DNA of 48,686 nt from Octopus bimaculoides (Eukaryota): positions 53,304,046-53,352,731 of the forward strand of contig NC_068995.1 of NCBI RefSeq assembly GCF_001194135.2. Reading direction: 5' to 3'. The position numbers and the translations under genes were made by a program. This document shows, in pieces, positions 42,255 through 48,686 of the stretch. Under the pieces are notes generated by a model, which saw only the letters and a list, made by a program, of their open reading frames with translations, ran no database searches and was not told the origin of the DNA. The number at the start of each line of letters is the position of its first letter. The first letter of the stretch is position 1.

Positions 42255-43385
42255 TTTGGTCCATAGAAATAGTACAGAGTGATTTGAGGGAGATTTGACT
42301 TCTATTTCTAGCAAGAAACGCAAGTCTTTAGAACATCTCATGTTGGTCCATTGAAATAGTAGTGTGATTTGAGGGAGATTTGACTGCTATTTCTAGCAAG
42401 AAAAGTATTTAGAGCATCTCACGTTGGTCCATTGAAATAGTACAGTGTGATTTGAGGGAGATTTGACTGCTATTTCTAGCAAGAAATGCAAGTCTTTAGA
42501 GCATCTCATATTGGTCCATTGAAATAGTAGATTGTGATTTGAGAGAGATTTGACTGCTATTTCTAGCAAGTCACGCAAGTATTTAGAGCATCTCATGTTG
42601 GTTCATTGAAATAGTACAGTGTGATTTGAGGGAGATTTGACTTCTATTTCTAGCAAGAAATGCAAGTCTTTAGAGCATCTCATATTGGTTCATTGAAATA
42701 GTAGATTGTGATTTGAGAGAGATTTGACTGCTATTTCTAGCAAGTCACGCAAGTATTTAGAGCATCTCATGTTGGTTCATTGAAATAGTAGATTGTGATT
42801 TGAGGGAGATTTGACTTCTATTTCTAGCAAGAAAAGCAAGTCTTTAGAGCATCTCATGTTGGTTCATTGAAATAGTACAGTGTGATTTGAGGGAGATTTG
42901 ACTTCTATTTCTAGCAAGAAATGCAAGTATTTAGAGCATCTCATGTTGGTCCATTAAAATAGTACAGTATGATTTGAGGGAGATTTGACTTCTATTTCTA
43001 GCAAGAAATGCAAGTATTTAGAGCATCTCATGTTGGTTCATTGAAATAGTACAGTGTGATTTGAGGGAGATTTGACTTCTATTTCTAGCAAGAAATGCAA
43101 GTCTTAAGAGCATCTCATATTGGTCCATTGAAATAGTAGATTGTGATTTGAGGGAGATTTGACTGCTATTTCTAGCAAGAAATGCAAGTCTTTAGAGCAT
43201 CTCATGTTGGTTCATTGAAATAGTAGATTGTGATTTGAGGGAGATTTGACTTCTATTTCTAGCAAGAAATGCAAGTCTTTAGAGCATCTCATGTTGGTTC
43301 ATTGAAATAGTACAGTGTGATTTGAGGGAGATTTGACTTCTATTTCTAGCAAGAAATGCAAGTCTTTAGAGCATCTCATGTTGGC
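42255..43385 (+). repeat. 87-bp tandem satellite, 13 highly similar direct units
   Basis: Unit starts at 42279, 42364, 42447, 42534, 42621, 42708, 42795, 42882, 42969, 43056, 43143, 43230 and 43317. Confidence 0.95.
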
Positions 43386-43396
43386 CAGTGTGATTT

Positions 43397-43790
43397 GACT
43401 TGCTAGAAATAGAAGTCAATTCTCCCTCAAATCACACTGTACTATTTTAATGGACTAACATGAGATCCTCTAAATAGTTGCCTGACTTGCTAGAAATAAC
43501 AGTCAAATCTCCCTTGCATCACACTGTACCATTCTATTGAGCCAACATGAGATCCTTTAAATAGTTGTTTGACTTGCAAAAAATAGCAGTGAAATCTCCC
43601 TCAAATAACACTGTACTACTTTAATAGGCTAACATGTGATCCTTTATATATTAGCTTGACTTGCTAGAAATATCTGTCAAACCAACTGCAGATCACACTG
43701 CACTATTATAATGGGCGATCATGTGATCCTCTAAATAGTTGCTTGACTGCTTGACTTGCAAGAAAGAGCAGCCAAATATCTCTGAAACCA
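43397..43790 (-). repeat. Inverted, more diverged copies of the same 87-bp unit (4 full plus 1 partial)
   Basis: GACTTGC registers at 43397, 43484, 43571 and 43658 (degenerate GACTGC at 43745); reverse complement of the forward unit. Confidence 0.9.
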
Positions 43791-45512
43791 ACCTGATTAT
43801 TTTTAATGAATTAAGAAGAAAGCTCCTCCATCGTCTTTCAAATATAGCCATTCCGTCTTAAAAACAGGACACACTGGATAAATTTAGTGCTAGATACACT
43901 GTTTTCTAGAAAACAATCAAAAACAATGTCCATGGCTTGACTACCTTTAATCATAGAACTGCTTGCTTGACCAGAGTTCACTCAGGGCAGAGCAACAACG
44001 TATATTTTAGATTTTGTTTAGGAATTGGGGTTGGCCACCTGGACATTTCACCAAAACTGTTAATTGAACTTAAAATAAAAGGTGTCCGACTAAAAGTGCA
44101 CCTGGCATTGTTATGTCATCAACCTTGTGCCATTATACATACATACATACATACATATAAATATATATACATGTACATATACATTCACACACAAACATGT
44201 TTGCATGTATAGTGTATATCCAGATTTGATACAAGATCTCCTTGAAACCTTTCACGGCGCCAGTTTCCTTTCTTGGTAATTATAGTAATCAAAGCACCTA
44301 ATTTCTAAATTTAATTAGATTCTTTTTTTGTCCTTTGTTCTTTAAAGAGTGCTTTTTTAACATTTTTTTTTTTCATTTAAACAAAAGCTGAAGGTTAAAT
44401 TTCCTTTCAGCTTATTGGTCACTATTGGTCACTAACTACGGGCTTTTTTGTATTGTGGGTTTATTAAGTGACCTTACTACACTGGACTTGAACCTGTTCA
44501 CCAAAACGAAAAAAAAAAAAAGAAAGAGAGAAAGGAAGAAAGGGAAAACTTAATTGGAACTATTTCCAAGAGAAAAAAAAATCGAAAAGGATTGGTTTAA
44601 TTAGTACAGTTCTATATTAATGTAAACAAACCTGTCTCGTTAGTAATTTCACTCACACCCTGTTAATTATAGTTGGACGGTTTCATTAGTATTTGTTGCT
44701 GGTATACTTATACTCTTCTGTCTCCTCCTCCTCCTCCTCCTCCCTCTAAGAGGTCTCTCAACCTGCTAGAAATATCAGCTAAATTCCTTTAAGTGACACA
44801 CTACCATCTCAGAAAAAAAAAAAAAAACAGGAAGAAAGGTGCGGGTGTGGATGTGTGGTAAAAAGTTTGCTTCCCAGCCACACGTTTCTGGGTTCAGTCC
44901 CACTGCGTAACACCTTGGGCTAGTGTCTTCTACTATAGCCTTCAATCAATCAAAGCCCTGTGAGTGGATTTGGCAGATGGAAACTAAAAGAAGCCCATCG
45001 TATATATATATATGTATATATAGGGGGTGGTGTGCACATATCTTTGTGTCTGTGTTTGTCTTTAACCATCGCTTGATAACCAGCATTGGTGTGTTTATGT
45101 CCCAGCAACTTAGCAGTCCAGCAAAAGAGACCGATAGAATAAGTACCAGACTTTAAAAAATAAGTACTGGGGACGATTTATTCTACCAAAAGGTTCTACA
45201 AGATGCTGCCCCAGCATGGCCACAACCTAATGGCTGAAACAAGTAAACGATAAAAGACAAAAATAGCAAGGTTAAATTGAGTTTTGTATGCGAATATATA
45301 TTTTTCCATCAAGTTAAACCATCAATCCTAACACATTTTTTTCTTTCTCCATCTTTTACCTCTCATCCCTTTCTGTCGAAGAACATAGACTCAAAACATC
45401 AAGGACATTTCCAGTCTTCCCAAGCAGCAAGCTAATACACCTGCTTATTGTTCACTCACCTGTCTTTGTCTTTCATTCTCTGTACAGTTGAACTACATAT
45501 ATATATATAATA

Positions 45513-45551
<39 letters not shown>

Positions 45552-45618
45552 CATACATAGCCAAAAATATGTAAAAAGATCTCACCTTATAAAGCTGACA
45601 ATTGTTTCTATTGTATTA

Positions 45619-45669
<51 letters not shown>

Positions 45670-45994
45670 NNNNNNNNNNNNNNNNNNNNNNNNNNNNNNN
45701 NNNNNNNNNNNNNNNNNNNNNNNNNNNNNNNNNNNNNNNNNNNNNNNNNNNNNNNNNNNNNNNNNNNNNNNNNNNNNNNNNNNNNNNNNNNNNNNNNNNN
45801 NNNNNNNNNNNNNNNNNNNNNNNNNNNNNNNNNNATATATAGATGTAAAAAAAATTTCATTAAAATTAGCACTGGTGTCTGATTATTGAATATTGTTAAC
45901 CAAATTCTTATAAAACTGGGTGCTTTATTTATATCTGCCTGGAATTTTTTAATTCTGTTTTTTTTTTCTTCTACATACATACATGCATATATAT

Positions 45995-46028
<34 letters not shown>

Positions 46029-46743
46029 ATGAATATATATATATATATATATACACACTGTAAAGTGGTTGGTGTTTGGAAGGGCATCCAAACGTAAAGA
46101 GCTTGCCAAAACTGACCTCACCTGTGCTTGTGCCACGGAAAAAGCCCTAAGTCCACTTTACTGAGTGGTTGGTGTTAGGAAGGGCATCCAGTTGCAAAAA
46201 TCTTCCCAAAACTGTCACAGAAGTCTGGCGCAGGCTTCTGCCAGGCCCCTTCTGGTCAAACTGTCCCATTCATGCCAGCATGGAAGGCAGACGTTAAACG
46301 ATGATGATACATAAGCACATACATGTATGTGTATATATATATATATCACTTGATCACATGACTGGCCAGGCTATCAGATTATGTTACACATCGCTGGTCA
46401 CAGTGTTCATTTTGCATTGTTTTAGCCTTCAAATGATGCCACACCACTGGCAAGGTGAGCAGGCCAACATTCCCCCCAGATCAAAAGTGGGGACTGGAGC
46501 AATGTCAAATGAAGTGTTTTGCTCAAGAACACAACATGAACCCACAATGTAACAATCATGAGTGCAACAGCCTAACCACTGGGCCATGCACCTTCACACA
46601 CACACATATATATATACATATTTCTATATATAAATGTGAGGGTCATGACCAAACTGTGCCTTTGTTCATATAGATCTTCTTGATCAAAACTGATTTCAAG
46701 GGCTAAACAGATGCAACAACAATAACAAAAGCAGAATACCTAT

Positions 46744-46790
<47 letters not shown>

Positions 46791-48686
46791 TTTCTTTCTC
46801 TTCTGTTTTACTCACCACATTTCACTTCCCAAATCTGGCAGAATGCCACCCACTCTTCAATTTANNNNNNNNNNNNNNNNNNNNNNNNNNNNNNNNNNNN
46901 NNNNNNNNNNNNNNNNNNNNNNNNNNNNNNNNNNNNNNNNNNNNNNNNNNNNNNNNNNNNNNNNNNNNNNNNNNNNNNNNNNNNNNNNNNNNNNNNNNNN
47001 NNNNNNNNNNNNNNNNNNNNNNNNNNNNNNNNNNNNNNNNNNNNNNNNNNNNNNNNNNNNNNNNNNNNNNNNNNNNNNNNNNNNNNNNNNNNNNNNNNNN
47101 NNNNNNNNNNNNNNNNNNNNNNNNNNNNNNNNNNNNNNNNNNNNNNNNNNNNNNNNNNNNNNNNNNNNNNNNNNNNNNNNNNNNNNNNNNNNNNNNNNNN
47201 NNNNNNNNNNNNNNNNNNNNNNNNNNNNNNNNNNNNNNNNNNNNNNNNNNNNNNNNNNNNNNNNNNNNNNNNNNNNNNNNNNNNNNNNNNNNNNNNNNNN
47301 NNNNNNNNNNNNNNNNNNNNNNNNNNNNNNNNNNNNNNNNNNNNNNNNNNNNNNNNNNNNNNNNNNNNNNNNNNNNNNNNNNNNNNNNNNNNNNNNNNNN
47401 NNNNNNNNNNNNNNNNNNNNNNNNNNNNNNNNNNNNNNNNNNNNNNNNNNNNNNNNNNNNNNNNNNNNNNNNNNNNNNNNNNNNNNNNNNNNNNNNNNNN
47501 NNNNNNNNNNNNNNNNNNNNNNNNNNNNNNNNNNNNNNNNNNNNNNNNNNNNNNNNNNNNNNNNNNNNNNNNNNNNNNNNNNNNNNNNNNNNNNNNNNNN
47601 NNNNNATATATATATATATATACAATATATATGTATAAATATATATGCATATGTGTGTGTTTAACCATCATTATCATCACCATCATCACAACCATCATCA
47701 TCATCATCTATATTTCTTAATGTGCACTTTTTTTATCTATGCTTGCATGCATCAGCAGCAATTTACTGAATTAGATCTTTTTTTACAACTGGGTGCTCTT
47801 CCTCTCACCAACAACAAGGATGCCTTAAGGCATGGGCACACTGGACTGTTATCCAAGGGCCTTATCCAAGAGTTTAGGGCACAACTCTGATCTATGTATG
47901 CCATGGCTTGCTGTTAATAAATAGATACTATAGGGTCCAGTACCCAGGGACCTATAAAGCTAGTGTCATAATCGTAGTCAACCCTGACTTGTTTCCAATC
48001 TAGCGAAATTTTCCTCTGGTCCTTCAAACACAAGTTGTTCCATGGCCAGACACATTTTCAGGAAAGATTGCAAATGCAAAACTTCGTTTGTAAAATAATG
48101 ACAGTTTCTTTTTACAATGAGTAAGTAAAGAAGATAAAAACAATCATCAACACATGTGCACACATGTGATGGGCTTCTATCAGTTTCCATTCACCAAATT
48201 CGCTCACAAGACTTTTGCTGGCTTGGGGTTGTAGTAGTAGACATTAGTTTGTTGAAGGTATGGTGCAGTGGGATTGATCCTGAAAACATGGAGTTGAAAA
48301 GCAAGAATCTTAACTACACAGCTATGCATGTGCCTACATGTATACACATACATACATGCATACACATGCAGACACACAAATATAACACTTTCTAAACATC
48401 TAAGCATACATTTACAGCAAAGAACTATTGCAACATGTCATTAAATTTCACAAATAAAATATTTTATAACTGAGAAGATTAGGAATGTAAGCTTTACTGA
48501 TAGCAAAAGACACACCGGATATTAACTTCCAGATATAGCAGACTTGTCAAAAAAATAAAAAAACTAGAAACATTTACTGATTGCTGAAAGAAACTTTGAG
48601 ATAAGAACAAAAATTTTAAATCCAGTGATGACAAAATCATTCATGATAACATTATTCTCACAGAACAAAAATAATGGCAAGCAACA

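Noticed and set aside
42255-43790. CRISPR-like array
   Set aside because: Units are contiguous with no unique spacers; eukaryotic context; no cas genes
47978-48190. Minus-strand ORF that looks protein-like (LHLQSFLKMCLAMEQLVFEGPEENFARLE)
   Set aside because: Underlying DNA (AAAATGTGTCTGGCCATGG...TTGGAAACAAGTCAGGGTT) resembles a repeat also seen near 32985-33060, and there is no good acceptor; likely a chance frame
48400-48686. Possible 3' UTR of a minus-strand gene beyond the window
   Set aside because: Only compositional asymmetry; no exon or unique signal to support it

Overview
AT-rich, microsatellite- and SINE-dense eukaryotic DNA with several N gaps. The repeat families and gene style point to an octopus or other coleoid cephalopod (inference). 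I reconstructed three spliced protein-coding genes by hand from GT-AG sites with consistent reading phase. (1) DSTYK, + strand, 12 coding exons at 7560-18677; the first coding exon was not found. (2) NDUFA12, - strand, 4 exons at 23255-27737, 136 aa. (3) ASZ1/GASZ (ankyrin-SAM-bZIP piRNA factor with a C-terminal membrane anchor), + strand, 12 exons at 28033-40685, 542 aa. NDUFA12 and ASZ1 are head-to-head with only 295 bp between their start codons. The non-coding DNA holds tRNA-derived SINEs, a 5'-truncated RTE LINE and its non-autonomous relatives, a Helentron-type non-autonomous element and MITE-like inverted repeats. Highlights: a fold-back pair of tRNA-headed SINEs carrying a minimal hammerhead-ribozyme motif plus other Penelope-type hammerhead remnants; an 87-bp satellite arranged as 13 direct plus 4-5 inverted copies; a near-perfect hairpin downstream of DSTYK; and the compact NDUFA12/ASZ1 bidirectional promoter with duplicated MYB-type sites. 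No database searches or folding programs were run. Family names come from recalled sequence similarity, and repeat boundaries are approximate.
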